Of a stretch of DNA of 64,000 nucleotides, positions 46,701 through 54,913 are shown piece by piece (position 1 is the first letter of the stretch; every line of letters begins with the position of its first letter). The DNA comes from an uncultured virus (IMG/VR IMGVR_UViG_3300020685_000001) (taxonomy: Duplodnaviria; Heunggongvirae; Uroviricota; Caudoviricetes). The stretch is from IMG/VR virus record IMGVR_UViG_3300020685_000001; one strand, 5' to 3'. The position numbers and the translations under genes were made by a program. Under the pieces are notes generated by a model, which had not been told where the DNA came from, searched no databases, and saw only the letters and a list, made by a program, of their open reading frames with translations.

Positions 46701-46866
46701 AGTAGGCAGTGTCTGTAGGTAGGTTACCAATAGTTTTTACAACATTAGTGTATACGTATACGTTACCACCATATTTAACAACGTCATTAAGTTCATATTG
46801 AGTTGTAATTACATAGTCGCCGGCCCAATAGAACCGTAGTTTGCCTAAGTCAAGAATTGTTGTCAT
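43741..46866 (-). CDS. Tail fibre/spike with carbohydrate-binding-like repeats and beta-helix region (1041 aa)
   Basis: ~8 W/Y...Y..(N/D)D.V.YG repeats; LYVAKNGSDSNPG, IFVKSGTYQE; INEFSTD, VPTQSAV, QTGNSGKYLTTNG. Confidence 0.85.
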   Translation of the reverse strand: MTTILDLGKLRFYWAGDYVITTQYELNDVVKYGGNVYVYTNVVKTIGNLPTDTAYWALMVKGVNFVGVWDPAVQYHIGDAVAYGAVVYVSLSDNINKEPDLYPAIWSTFVTGIQYNGVYSNTTAYQPDDVVTYGPSAYIAIQTTTGHDPTNATYWSPFVSGIAASGVYNSATAYVPNNIVAYGANLYIATANTTGNLPTNTAYWQPFISAFQNRGAWVTSTTYYVNDLVQYGANTYACQVQNVSGVFATDLAAGKWSIFVSGLRQRGAWTTATQYLPYDIVVYGGNTYSCVTLNTSGVFATDLAAGKWQIFNGGIRWRGTWAAATQYLVNDVVYNLTSSYICLQDNTSSSNFNTDLTAGEWQIFAAGNNVFPAITSGQNGYSLSIANDGINLAWLNATSGVNILYVAKNGSDSNPGNSLALPKLTIQGAIAAVPSGQKTAIFVKSGTYQEALLPMVVPPNCAIVGDATRTTIVQPGSGLAADGVTPNNQATMWALSDGSLLNKLSFQGMTGWVPGATPSDITTSTPKGIYCALNPASPIIVKSPYVIECACFSSGGIGAYVNGSVHSSGNRSILFHEFTGIHDNGVGIWVDNNGKSECVGVFTYYAYFGYATTNGGQLRSISGNNSYGTYGSVSSGYSAAETAITGSLYGTLITFTGNYTGTINPGDTVSNGAGVTATVTNVQISSVYVTNVTGGTFTAGQTITATSGGVGIVSTYGGQQGYVLVLNNLIAAPQVGQSVQVAGDSSAYIINATSGSWVNSSSVISVVLAQQKATASASGSTVTIRSNFSLCRITAHDFLNIGTGGITTTNYPNTPTQAPNPANQVLQTLPGRVYYISADQAGNFQVGSYFAVNQATGAATLNANSFNLSGLTSLRLGSIGAQLGAQINEFSTDGTMAQNSPVKVPTQSAVVTYVGTQVSAAVPSQTGNSGKYLTTNGTVTSWGTVSVTPQWTVTTAATTAVAGTNYLCNTASSPFTITLPASPNNNDSVKIADANSTFGVNPVTVGYNGASIQGSGQNLILNVSGASVNLTYNSSFGWRLV

Positions 46867-47108
46867 ACCATCACCATTAGTAAATGTCCATCATCACCCC
46901 ACTGGAACTGATATGTATCAGTTGACCAGATCCAAGCTTGATACTCGTTTGGGCCTGTAATATAAGTCGGATCAGGTATAGATACTACACCATCTCCATT
47001 TTTTATGGTATCAATATCTAATTGACCCGTTGCATTAATTAGCCTAAAACCGTAAAAAGTTTTATTTTTTAAATCCGTACCTAAATAGAACCCGCCATCT
47101 GCTGACAT
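46863..47108 (-). CDS. Small tail protein
   Basis: ORF coupled to the fibre gene. Confidence 0.6.
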   Translation of the reverse strand: MSADGGFYLGTDLKNKTFYGFRLINATGQLDIDTIKNGDGVVSIPDPTYITGPNEYQAWIWSTDTYQFQWGDDGHLLMVMV

Positions 47109-47109
47109 T

Positions 47110-47439
47110 TTATAGTCCTTCCAGAGCTGAAACGATTATATCAAAACCGTTAGTAATTCCACTAGTATACGTGGATGCAGTTAATGTGTCACCACCTAAA
47201 AGTACTAATTTATTGCCTGGAAGCAGTGCTTCTGCGGCCCCACCAGCAACATAATAATTAGATACCACAGCCGTTGTTGTTCCGCCTCGAACTAAATTAA
47301 TAGTTATAGGTAAATTTGTATAGTAAGTATTGGCTGCATTTAAACCAATAATAACGCAATTACTACCTCCAGGGGCGGTAAAAATAGTCTGGGGTGTCGT
47401 GCCTAGACCTTGAGTTTGTATGCTGGTAAATGTTGCCAT
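47110..47439 (-). CDS. Small tail protein
   Basis: Start MATFTS; GNKLVLLGGDTL motif. Confidence 0.65.
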   Translation of the reverse strand: MATFTSIQTQGLGTTPQTIFTAPGGSNCVIIGLNAANTYYTNLPITINLVRGGTTTAVVSNYYVAGGAAEALLPGNKLVLLGGDTLTASTYTSGITNGFDIIVSALEGL

Positions 47440-47440
47440 A

Positions 47441-47827
47441 TTAGCCGCCCAATGCAATTGCGTAAATTAAAGCTGACCCTGCTGGGTCGTACACCAAAGA
47501 CCCATCTACATTATTATATACTGCTCTTTCAGCGGGTAAGTCACAAAATATATCTTTTGGTCCAGTAGCAAAGTTAACTAATGCATTACTGTTTGAACTT
47601 TTAAATACTGTATCTCTGTTCAACACTAAACCAGTACTATCTAATGTACCAGCACCTGTTTCCCAAGTATTATTAGTAGAATCAGAAATTGTATAGAAAG
47701 TAGTATTGCCACCGCCGATAGCGGCGGTAAAAGTGGTAAACCCGGGGAATGCCCCCCCCAAAGTCATAGCACCTGTACCGCCTGTGCTAGTGGTTTCTCG
47801 GACTCTATCTGAGACTACAAAGGTCAT
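47441..47827 (-). CDS. Tail protein
   Basis: DRVRETTST.GTG, WETGAG, KDIFCDLPA; ends IALGG. Confidence 0.7.
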   Translation of the reverse strand: MTFVVSDRVRETTSTGGTGAMTLGGAFPGFTTFTAAIGGGNTTFYTISDSTNNTWETGAGTLDSTGLVLNRDTVFKSSNSNALVNFATGPKDIFCDLPAERAVYNNVDGSLVYDPAGSALIYAIALGG

Positions 47828-47830
47828 CTA

Positions 47831-48409
47831 TTAACCCGCTGCAGACAATGTATAGGTTACGTTAATAGTATCGCCAGCAGTAACTGTTTTAGAACCAGCA
47901 GTAAAGTCACCAGCACTAAATAACACGCCTGTTGTACTATCAATAGTAGAAGAACCACCAATATTAATAAATGCACCTGCAACAGTACCAGAACCAGTCA
48001 TTGTAAAAATTACTGCGGCGCTTGTAGATAAAACAGCTGGATTAGCATTAGTAGCAGCGCTAAATGTTGGGGTTGGGCGGGTTCCAGAATAAGTAGGGGC
48101 ATTAGCACCGCCAACTTCTAACCAAGTAGTATGGCTAGATTGCGTATCTGTGTAGGCAGGGGTACCTGTCCCCATTAAACCCATAACAATTGCGCCACCA
48201 CCAGTGTTAGCAAAGTATGAATTTAAAAGGCTTTGGCGCCCTACGTTGGTGGTCAAATTATTAATGCTATCAGACCATTTTAAGTTGCCTTGGGCATCAC
48301 GGCATTCGGCTGTATAAACACCTTCTAGGCCAAACATTTCGGTGGATCCAGCGCCACGGGCTACAGTCGCTTCTACGCTGTCTCCAAATAACGATTTTTC
48401 ATTGCTCAT
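47831..48409 (-). CDS. Tail structural protein
   Basis: NLTTNVGR; GDTINVTYTLS. Confidence 0.7.
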   Translation of the reverse strand: MSNEKSLFGDSVEATVARGAGSTEMFGLEGVYTAECRDAQGNLKWSDSINNLTTNVGRQSLLNSYFANTGGGAIVMGLMGTGTPAYTDTQSSHTTWLEVGGANAPTYSGTRPTPTFSAATNANPAVLSTSAAVIFTMTGSGTVAGAFINIGGSSTIDSTTGVLFSAGDFTAGSKTVTAGDTINVTYTLSAAG

Positions 48410-48418
48410 AAAAGTTCC

Positions 48419-48856
48419 TTAACTAATGCTTAAAATGGCGGTATTTGAAGTCGCCGTTGGAAATGTAATTGTAAATGTATTTAACCCATTTTGAGTCTTA
48501 GGACCGCCAAAATCTAAGACCGCTACAGCCGCATTTGTAGTGCTATTGTATATTAAAGCCCCTGCTGCAGTAAAGACTGCTGGGTTCCAAGTTACATTAG
48601 CAAATGAAATAAAAGCCGTATTACTAGCATTGTCAGCTATTGGGGGTTGAGAAATAGTCAGAACTTTACCCCCAGCTGTATACCCAGTACCTGTAATCTC
48701 CCCTGTTGTTGTATAGGTTAGGGTAGATGCGTTTAGGTTTGCCAGGCTTGTATATAGGGCAATCTTATATGTATATGGGGTACCAATAGCAAAGTTTTCT
48801 AACCCGCTAAGGCAGTTTTGCTTAAATACCGTTGTCTGGGTCTGTGCAATAGACAT
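48419..48856 (-). CDS. Tail structural protein
   Basis: KIALYT, GTGYTAGG, GALIYN, AVLDFG, FTITFP. Confidence 0.75.
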   Translation of the reverse strand: MSIAQTQTTVFKQNCLSGLENFAIGTPYTYKIALYTSLANLNASTLTYTTTGEITGTGYTAGGKVLTISQPPIADNASNTAFISFANVTWNPAVFTAAGALIYNSTTNAAVAVLDFGGPKTQNGLNTFTITFPTATSNTAILSIS

Positions 48857-49824
48857 TATAGAGTGTTGTAATTAAGTTTAGTTTGGCCACCACGGTAAGC
48901 ATCGCCACGCTCCAGGCCATCGCCCAAACGTTTCAATTGACCCATAGCTTCTTGGTATTTGGCAGTATATTGGGCAATAATATCTTGTTCACCCTTCATA
49001 AATGTATATGCTTCTACTAGTGTTCCGTATAACAGAACAGGGCTATAATTATCGCCAAGCCAGCTAGTACCAGTATCGTTATTTACACCTTCTACTGTAA
49101 TATAGAAATTAGTTGTAGAAGTACCGCCAAGGCTAGTAGCAGGAGCGCTTAATTGGTCTCCTACTTGATATAAAGACCCACCATCTACAAGAGTAAACGC
49201 TGTAATAGCATTACCGCTAATAGTAATATCTGCAACTGCACCGGTACCATTACCATTTGTAAGAGATACGTTGTAATAGATACCATTTACATACCCACTA
49301 CCTGCTTGGGTTACGTTATAGGCAGTAATAATACCTTTAACGATTGAAGGCGGGTAGAAGAAATAATGCAGTTCAGCTTGGTAGTTTTGGTCTGGAGTTG
49401 GTCCTAAAAGGAAAGACAACTCATTTGGATAGCTAAGCTGTGGACCAAACAATGCATAGTACTTAGGAGTACCGGTATATGACTGTGTTGGGTATGACTC
49501 ACGAATAAAGTTAACATCTTTATTTAGCAAATATGTGTAGTTACCAGTAGCATCTACAACTGCTAAAGAATAGCTAGATAAAAAGTCTGATGGGCAAGAT
49601 AAATACGGATTAGAAATAGTAAGTGTGCCCGTTACGTTTCTACGCAAAGAAGGTATCTGAACGGTGTTATAAATCCGCTCTTCAGCCTGCTGAATAAAGG
49701 TGTTAATCTGGGTTGACCCCAACGAATTAATAGTACTTTGGTTATCGTCACCAGTAAAAACCGTAGTCGGAAAATCATTCTCCGTATAGGTCTTAATAGT
49801 GTTGAATAAAGTTGTGTAATCCAT
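48856..49824 (-). CDS. Head-tail adaptor-like protein with internal beta-rich insertion
   Basis: FIQQAEERI, GTPKYYA, GPTPD, LLYGTLVEAYTFMK. Confidence 0.7.
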   Translation of the reverse strand: MDYTTLFNTIKTYTENDFPTTVFTGDDNQSTINSLGSTQINTFIQQAEERIYNTVQIPSLRRNVTGTLTISNPYLSCPSDFLSSYSLAVVDATGNYTYLLNKDVNFIRESYPTQSYTGTPKYYALFGPQLSYPNELSFLLGPTPDQNYQAELHYFFYPPSIVKGIITAYNVTQAGSGYVNGIYYNVSLTNGNGTGAVADITISGNAITAFTLVDGGSLYQVGDQLSAPATSLGGTSTTNFYITVEGVNNDTGTSWLGDNYSPVLLYGTLVEAYTFMKGEQDIIAQYTAKYQEAMGQLKRLGDGLERGDAYRGGQTKLNYNTL

Positions 49825-49839
49825 TAGGGTATACCTTTA

Positions 49840-50082
49840 TTAAGCCATCGGCCCACGTGAAGTGAAGCCTTTAGTAGCAGCGCCAGATCCACGTTGTTTA
49901 ACGCCATCAGTTTTAACTGTAGCACGGCCAGTTTTGCTGACATTACCAACAGCAATATTTGACTTATTAATAAACTCAACACCAGTTTCTGTAGACATAG
50001 CAGGTAGTTCATTACTAACAGCTTTGCCACTCATTGTATGAGGTTTAGCATATACTTCAGCAGGTTTATTGTTAATAGCCAT
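49840..50082 (-). CDS. Small basic late protein
   Basis: Ends RGSGAATKGFTSRGPMA. Confidence 0.7.
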   Translation of the reverse strand: MAINNKPAEVYAKPHTMSGKAVSNELPAMSTETGVEFINKSNIAVGNVSKTGRATVKTDGVKQRGSGAATKGFTSRGPMA

Positions 50083-50084
50083 GA

Positions 50085-50282
50085 TTAGCGTCCTTTACCT
50101 TTGAGGTTAACTGAACCAAACTGGTTAGCTAACTTAGCACGGTTACGACCATCGGCCTTCATTTCTTCATTAGTTTTACCAAGGCTTTTATTTGCCTTAT
50201 CAATTTTTGCATTAGGGCCTGAGTCACCTAGGTTTTTACCTTTGGTTGCACCCTTGCTAATAACACCATCAAATTTTGCCAT
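50085..50282 (-). CDS. Small basic late protein
   Basis: DGVISKGATKGKNLG; GGAG RBS. Confidence 0.65.
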   Translation of the reverse strand: MAKFDGVISKGATKGKNLGDSGPNAKIDKANKSLGKTNEEMKADGRNRAKLANQFGSVNLKGKGR

Positions 50283-50291
50283 GTCCTACTC

Positions 50292-50708
50292 CTAATTAAT
50301 TGTTACTTGGCCTACATTACCTACAGCTCTTAAATAATTTTGAGTTTCCCCAAAATCGTACTTCATTCCTACGGGATTCCAAGACCACTGAAACACTCGG
50401 CTACCACCACTAGGAGTACCATTTGCTAGTACGCTAGTACCCCCATTTACATTTACATCCAAACCATTGTTGCCTGATTGGTAGTAGCTATTATCTCGGC
50501 GTGGCTCCCGTACAGCTTGTGGGTCATTGACCGGATACATCCCTAATTGTAACTGAGGTTGATCCATTTCCCAACATTCTGGGCATACTTTAATACTAAC
50601 ATTCTTGGTCTTAATAGTCAGCTTTTTGAGTGTAACTAACTTATAACGAAACCCGCAACGGTCACATTCAGCAATTGCGAACCGGCCGGATGCAAACTGA
50701 GTTGTCAT
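50292..50708 (-). CDS. Zinc-ribbon late protein
   Basis: CDRCGF...VCPECW, QPQL, DPQAVREPR. Confidence 0.75.
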   Translation of the reverse strand: MTTQFASGRFAIAECDRCGFRYKLVTLKKLTIKTKNVSIKVCPECWEMDQPQLQLGMYPVNDPQAVREPRRDNSYYQSGNNGLDVNVNGGTSVLANGTPSGGSRVFQWSWNPVGMKYDFGETQNYLRAVGNVGQVTIN

Positions 50709-51454
50709 TATTTACTACCTAAGAACGTTTGACGAGGGATAAACCTAATCGGTGCCTTTTCTCTATCTTCTTGCGCTGCTAAGTCAAACTGCTCTTCATA
50801 ATCTGCTTTAAGTCCAGCAATACGCTGTAAGTCAACACCTTGTAGTTTAATAGACAAATAGTAAGCCAGTCCAGCCACCATGCAGTTTAAGAAACGGAAA
50901 GGTATATCTTGGGTAGTAACGCCCTGTCCAGCATCCTGAATACGGCGCATACGCCAGTAAACGAAGTTATAGTAAGGGTTACCTACCGTACCTTGGTCTG
51001 GAGTGGGCCAAACAGTGATTTGAGGGTGCCTATCAGGGTTATTACCAGTAGGGTATAAGGCGCCACTTTGACGGTTAATCCATACTTGAATAGGGCGCCC
51101 TTGGCTTAGCTTATTAGGGATTGTAGAGTAGGTAGATACACTGATGCGACTGATGGTGATATCAGTTTGGTTGTTAGTTTGACCAGAATTAGTTCTAATT
51201 TGGTGTTCAAGTAAGTCAATTGTGTCATCAGGTAAGTCATAAGTATTTACACCTTGAATCAAAGGAATAACGCCCTGTTCAATAGTCCACAGGTTGATAC
51301 CCCGGTTAGCCCACTCAATAGTTAATAAGTTTAAAGAACGACGTGCAGTACGCAAATCATATCCAGTGCGCAGCTCTTTTCCGCAACGCTCAAACGCCTC
51401 TTCTACGAGGTCATTTAGGTCTAGATTAAACGATGAGGTACCTGTTGTAGTCAT
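50708..51454 (-). CDS. Head-tail adaptor / tail tubular protein A-like
   Basis: EEAFERCG, ARRSLNLL..EWANRG.NLW, PNK..GRP, VWPTP, GLAYYLS. Confidence 0.75.
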   Translation of the reverse strand: MTTTGTSSFNLDLNDLVEEAFERCGKELRTGYDLRTARRSLNLLTIEWANRGINLWTIEQGVIPLIQGVNTYDLPDDTIDLLEHQIRTNSGQTNNQTDITISRISVSTYSTIPNKLSQGRPIQVWINRQSGALYPTGNNPDRHPQITVWPTPDQGTVGNPYYNFVYWRMRRIQDAGQGVTTQDIPFRFLNCMVAGLAYYLSIKLQGVDLQRIAGLKADYEEQFDLAAQEDREKAPIRFIPRQTFLGSK

Positions 51455-51660
51455 TATTTAGAGATTCCATATCCACGTTTAGCAAGTTTACCTGCTACTT
51501 TACCGCCTTTTTTCATAGCCTGCGGGGAAACCATAGGAGTATCTCCGGCTACTGGCGCTGCTGTAGAAGGCGAAGCACTTAGCTTTGGGGTAGGTACTGT
51601 TTGGACTGCCTGCATAGCTGCTGTACGGTCACTTTTTTTACGACTAGCTAGTAATGGCAT
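51454..51660 (-). CDS. Small basic protein with MKKGG motif
   Basis: ORF track; TAATG coupling. Confidence 0.6.
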   Translation of the reverse strand: MPLLASRKKSDRTAAMQAVQTVPTPKLSASPSTAAPVAGDTPMVSPQAMKKGGKVAGKLAKRGYGISK

Positions 51661-51836
51661 TATTTAAATCCTTTAAGGGTTTCCGCAAGCCTAGCCCGCT
51701 TACCCATCTTGCCGGGTTTCTTTGCAGCTGCAGCTAGTTTGCTTGACGGAATCTTTTTATCAGCAGCAACACCCAACGCCTTTTTCAAGGAGCCAGGTTT
51801 TTTAATTGCATCTTTAATCCAATTTTTAGTAGCCAT
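51660..51836 (-). CDS. Small Lys-rich protein (58 aa)
   Basis: MATKNWIKDAIKKPGSLKKALGV...KRARLAETLKGFK; TAATG-coupled on both sides; not in ORF track. Confidence 0.75.
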   Translation of the reverse strand: MATKNWIKDAIKKPGSLKKALGVAADKKIPSSKLAAAAKKPGKMGKRARLAETLKGFK

Positions 51837-52060
51837 TATTTTTTCGCAGTCTTAGCTGATTTAATAAAGTCCGCTTTAGTAGGCGCCCCTTTAGCCCCAG
51901 GCTTACGCATTTTTTCACCAGAACCAGCTGCAATATGAGCTTGCTTTTTATGAATATTTTCGTATAGCCCAACTTTACCGCCTTTTGCAAGGACGGCGGA
52001 TTCGGAACCTTTTGGAACCTTTTTAGGACTAATAGCGCCCATTCCACGGGAAGCCTTCAT
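51836..52060 (-). CDS. Small basic protein
   Basis: LAKGG; GLYENIHKK...GSGEKMRKPG.KGAPT..DF.KSAKTAKK. Confidence 0.75.
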   Translation of the reverse strand: MKASRGMGAISPKKVPKGSESAVLAKGGKVGLYENIHKKQAHIAAGSGEKMRKPGAKGAPTKADFIKSAKTAKK

Positions 52061-52254
52061 TACTTCTTAGCCTTCATAGCGCCACCAGTACAAAACGACT
52101 TGATATGGTCGTCATGTTTTTTAAAGCTAGCAGCATGTTCGCCATATACTGTAGCATGAGGCTTATAACCAGATGCGTGCATAGCTACAGACTCGGCTAA
52201 TGTTTTATGGATAATTGGCTCTACGCCAGCTTCGATTGGACCTGTCTTTTTCAT
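52060..52254 (-). CDS. Small His-rich protein
   Basis: Ends FCTGGAMKAKK. Confidence 0.6.
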   Translation of the reverse strand: MKKTGPIEAGVEPIIHKTLAESVAMHASGYKPHATVYGEHAASFKKHDDHIKSFCTGGAMKAKK

Positions 52255-52514
52255 ACTATTCTTCCTTTAGTTAAACCTTTTTGTGCAATACCGCAACCAC
52301 GTACTTTACCGCCTTTTTTCAAACCTAGTACACCACGGACTTTTTCAACACCAGTTTTAATAGACTCTTTAAACTTAGTATCTTTATCTTCCATAGCTTT
52401 TTGAGCTGATTGTTGTTGCTTTTCGTAATTAGCATAACCCTTTTGATTTTTTTGGGTTTCAGTATCATTAATAATGTTACCGTTTTCGTCTTGTTGTAGT
52501 GGTTTAGTAGCCAT
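52251..52514 (-). CDS. Small basic protein
   Basis: Ends LKKGGKVRGCGIAQKGLTKGRIV. Confidence 0.7.
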   Translation of the reverse strand: MATKPLQQDENGNIINDTETQKNQKGYANYEKQQQSAQKAMEDKDTKFKESIKTGVEKVRGVLGLKKGGKVRGCGIAQKGLTKGRIV

Positions 52515-52949
52515 TTAGCACATCCGTCCTTTAGTTTTACCCTTTTGGGCGATACCATCCCCACGTACTTTACCGCCCTTTTTAAGAGTAATCTTAGTAC
52601 CTTTACCACCTTTATGTTCTTGGGCATCATGTTCTTTAAATGCTTTTTTAATCATGGCAACGTCTTGCTTTTTGTCTTCTGCCATTTCTTTACGCATTTC
52701 CGCTTTAGATTCTTTTTCCATAGCTTTACCACCTTTTTTAAATAGCTTTGTATCACCGTGATCTGTTTTCTTTTTATTAATAGTCTGTAAATCTTCACGA
52801 ATACCACCGCCTACACCGAACTTTTTACCTTTATCCGCAGCAACAAAATCTTTACCTACGGATTGTTTAATTCCGACTTTCTTAGCAAAAGCAGGGCTAT
52901 GTGCCACGGCTTCCATTAAGTTATGCTGTTTCTTTGATGTGCTTGGCAT
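52515..52949 (-). CDS. Basic protein with multiple KGG motifs
   Basis: Start MPSTSKKQH; ends LKKGGKVRGDGIAQKGKTKGRMC. Confidence 0.75.
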   Translation of the reverse strand: MPSTSKKQHNLMEAVAHSPAFAKKVGIKQSVGKDFVAADKGKKFGVGGGIREDLQTINKKKTDHGDTKLFKKGGKAMEKESKAEMRKEMAEDKKQDVAMIKKAFKEHDAQEHKGGKGTKITLKKGGKVRGDGIAQKGKTKGRMC

Positions 52950-53197
52950 TATTTGCTCCAAAAACCTTGAAACAGATTAGCCATAATAGCGCCAATAAGT
53001 GCTGCTGCACCGCCTACGCCTAGTAATAGTCGCCAACCGCCATGAGCCTCAGCAAGCGTCTTTTGGATAGCTTGAATGGCTTCTTTGATTTCTTTCATCT
53101 CGTTAACCATCTTATCCATATCCGCTTGCAGGTGTTCAATATCGTTAGCGTGAGTTGCTAGTTCCCTAGCAGTTGAAATTGGGTCTATATCATTCAT
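52949..53197 (-). CDS. Coiled-coil protein with C-terminal TM (XhlA/holin-like)
   Basis: Heptad region followed by GGWRLLLGVGGAAALIG. Confidence 0.6.
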   Translation of the reverse strand: MNDIDPISTARELATHANDIEHLQADMDKMVNEMKEIKEAIQAIQKTLAEAHGGWRLLLGVGGAAALIGAIMANLFQGFWSK

Positions 53198-53454
53198 TAG
53201 CATTTCCACCGCTTTAAACTAGCAGCCTTCCTTGTAGGCTTGCCGTTTTCATCTTTCATCGGACCTGGCATTCCAGACATTCTTGCGCAGAACGACTTTT
53301 TGCGAGGACCCCCTTCGGGTTGTGGAGCTTTTAAATTGCTGCCAGTAGCCGCATTATACTTAGCACGACCTTTGGCAGTAAGCCCAGCGCCCTTGGATAC
53401 AGGCAACTTTTCACCACGACCAACTGCAAGCGAGACACCTTTTTTCTTAGCCAT
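53197..53454 (-). CDS. Small basic conserved phage protein
   Basis: GLTAKGR..YN, RKKSFCARM, SLKRWKC. Confidence 0.75.
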   Translation of the reverse strand: MAKKKGVSLAVGRGEKLPVSKGAGLTAKGRAKYNAATGSNLKAPQPEGGPRKKSFCARMSGMPGPMKDENGKPTRKAASLKRWKC

Positions 53455-53725
53455 AGAATACTGTAACCGTGGCGTTAGATAAAGTAGCGTAAATAGTAGT
53501 AGAAAATAATACGCCTTCTCCAGGTATCAGTACATTAAAGGGCTGCCCAGCTGCTGGTGTATTAATAACCATTTTGCTTGTACCACCAGAACCACCGTCT
53601 AGTAAAGTTACACTTCCTGCAGAAGCTCCAGGTGTTATAACTAAACCACGTACTCTAGTTCTAGCGCCATATACTGAACCACTAGAACTTAATGATGTTG
53701 ATAATACATCAGTTTGCATTGCCAT
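53447..53725 (-). CDS. Small virion structural protein
   Basis: Beta-rich; IPGEGVLF; ends TVFYG. Confidence 0.7.
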   Translation of the reverse strand: MAMQTDVLSTSLSSSGSVYGARTRVRGLVITPGASAGSVTLLDGGSGGTSKMVINTPAAGQPFNVLIPGEGVLFSTTIYATLSNATVTVFYG

Positions 53726-53775
53726 AATTAATCTCCAATAAAGTTAAACAAGGGGGACAAGCCCCCCATCAGAGA

Positions 53776-54255
53776 TTAAGCCTGATATGTTGTTGGATTA
53801 GCGTTACCGTTTGAATCACGAACTACATAAGTGATAACAACAGTAGCAGCACCAGTTGTCAAAGCAGAAGCTTCAGTAGCTGTGTAAGTAATTAACGCAT
53901 CGGTTGTGCCAACGTTTACAGATGTAGGAGCAAAACCAGCAGATAAAGCCTGGGTAATAGAACCAACAGAAGTAATAGTTGAGGCAGCAGCAAAATCAAC
54001 ACCACCAATAGTAATCTTCAAAGTAGTAGCAGCGCTAAATACTGTAGAAGTGATGATTTGAACACCAGTAACACAAGCACCTGCAGGAATAGCACCAATT
54101 GTGCCAGTCAATGCGGTATTAATACCAGTATATGTGAAAGGAATAGTCTGTGCAACTACCGTTGCGCCTGTATTACGAACAGTACCAGCTGTAGTGCCAG
54201 TTGTGTTTTTAACAGTACCTAATAGCCAAGGGCCTAAATGTGTAGCAAATCCCAT
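53776..54255 (-). CDS. Capsid decoration/cement-like protein
   Basis: T/A/G-rich beta protein; first - strand gene after the MCP. Confidence 0.6.
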   Translation of the reverse strand: MGFATHLGPWLLGTVKNTTGTTAGTVRNTGATVVAQTIPFTYTGINTALTGTIGAIPAGACVTGVQIITSTVFSAATTLKITIGGVDFAAASTITSVGSITQALSAGFAPTSVNVGTTDALITYTATEASALTTGAATVVITYVVRDSNGNANPTTYQA

Positions 54256-54261
54256 AATAAA

Positions 54262-54335
54262 TCTCCATACGATAAGGCTTACTAGTTTGTATGGTATCTG
54301 CCGGGGCAGTCTAATAAGCCGGGTTTCCCGGTTTC
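54262..54335 (-). ncRNA. Putative structured cis-regulatory leader
   Basis: Four stems, one covering the GGAG RBS of 53776..54255. Confidence 0.5.
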
Positions 54336-54424
54336 CTGTAGTTTACCCTATTTTTAATTTTTGCAACACCCTTTTTAGGTAAAATATCCAAAATCAGATA
54401 AATAATTTGGACGGGGTATGGGCA

Positions 54425-54913
54425 ATGAAATTCACAGTGAAAAAAGTCGATATAAGAAACCCAGCAATTCAGAGTCTACTTCTCTTTCTTCAGAAAAAGA
54501 TTTTGCCGGAAGACCAACCTTACCAACCGACTCGGGGCCATTGGTGGATAGCCTACGCAGAGTGTGGGAAGCCCGTGGCTTTTGCGGGTCTGGTGCGTTC
54601 GATCAAGTGGACCGATACAGGGTACTTATGCAGGGCTGGTGTAATGGGTGGCTTTACTGGTCATGGACTTCAATTGCGTTTAATTAAAGCTAGACTATCC
54701 CAAGCAAAACGACTTGGTTGGAACTGGTGTATCACAGATACAACAAATAACCCCGCATCAAGCAACTCTTTGATTAATGCTGGCTTTAAGATATATACTC
54801 CTGCAAATAAGTGGTCTTTCAGAAACGCAATATATTGGAAATATAAGGTAAATGCTGATGCCGTACAAAGACGAGAGCGTAAGAAAAGCGTATCATCAAC
54901 AACGCAGCCGTGA
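54425..54913 (+). CDS. GNAT acetyltransferase
   Basis: YLCRAGV...FTGHGLQLRLI, NPASSNSLINAGF; antisense to the late arm. Confidence 0.8.
   Translation: MKFTVKKVDIRNPAIQSLLLFLQKKILPEDQPYQPTRGHWWIAYAECGKPVAFAGLVRSIKWTDTGYLCRAGVMGGFTGHGLQLRLIKARLSQAKRLGWNWCITDTTNNPASSNSLINAGFKIYTPANKWSFRNAIYWKYKVNADAVQRRERKKSVSSTTQP

Noticed and set aside
37699..46866. Diversity-generating retroelement acting on the tail fibres
   Set aside because: No reverse transcriptase and no adenine-specific TR/VR pair; the repeats are in-frame domain duplications
53751..53767. GC hairpin as a terminator
   Set aside because: Short stem and interrupted U-tract; may be only a stabilising or attenuating hairpin
54340..54366. 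Minus-strand sigma70 promoter TTGCAA...TAAACT
   Set aside because: Spacer is only 15 bp, too weak to list as a feature
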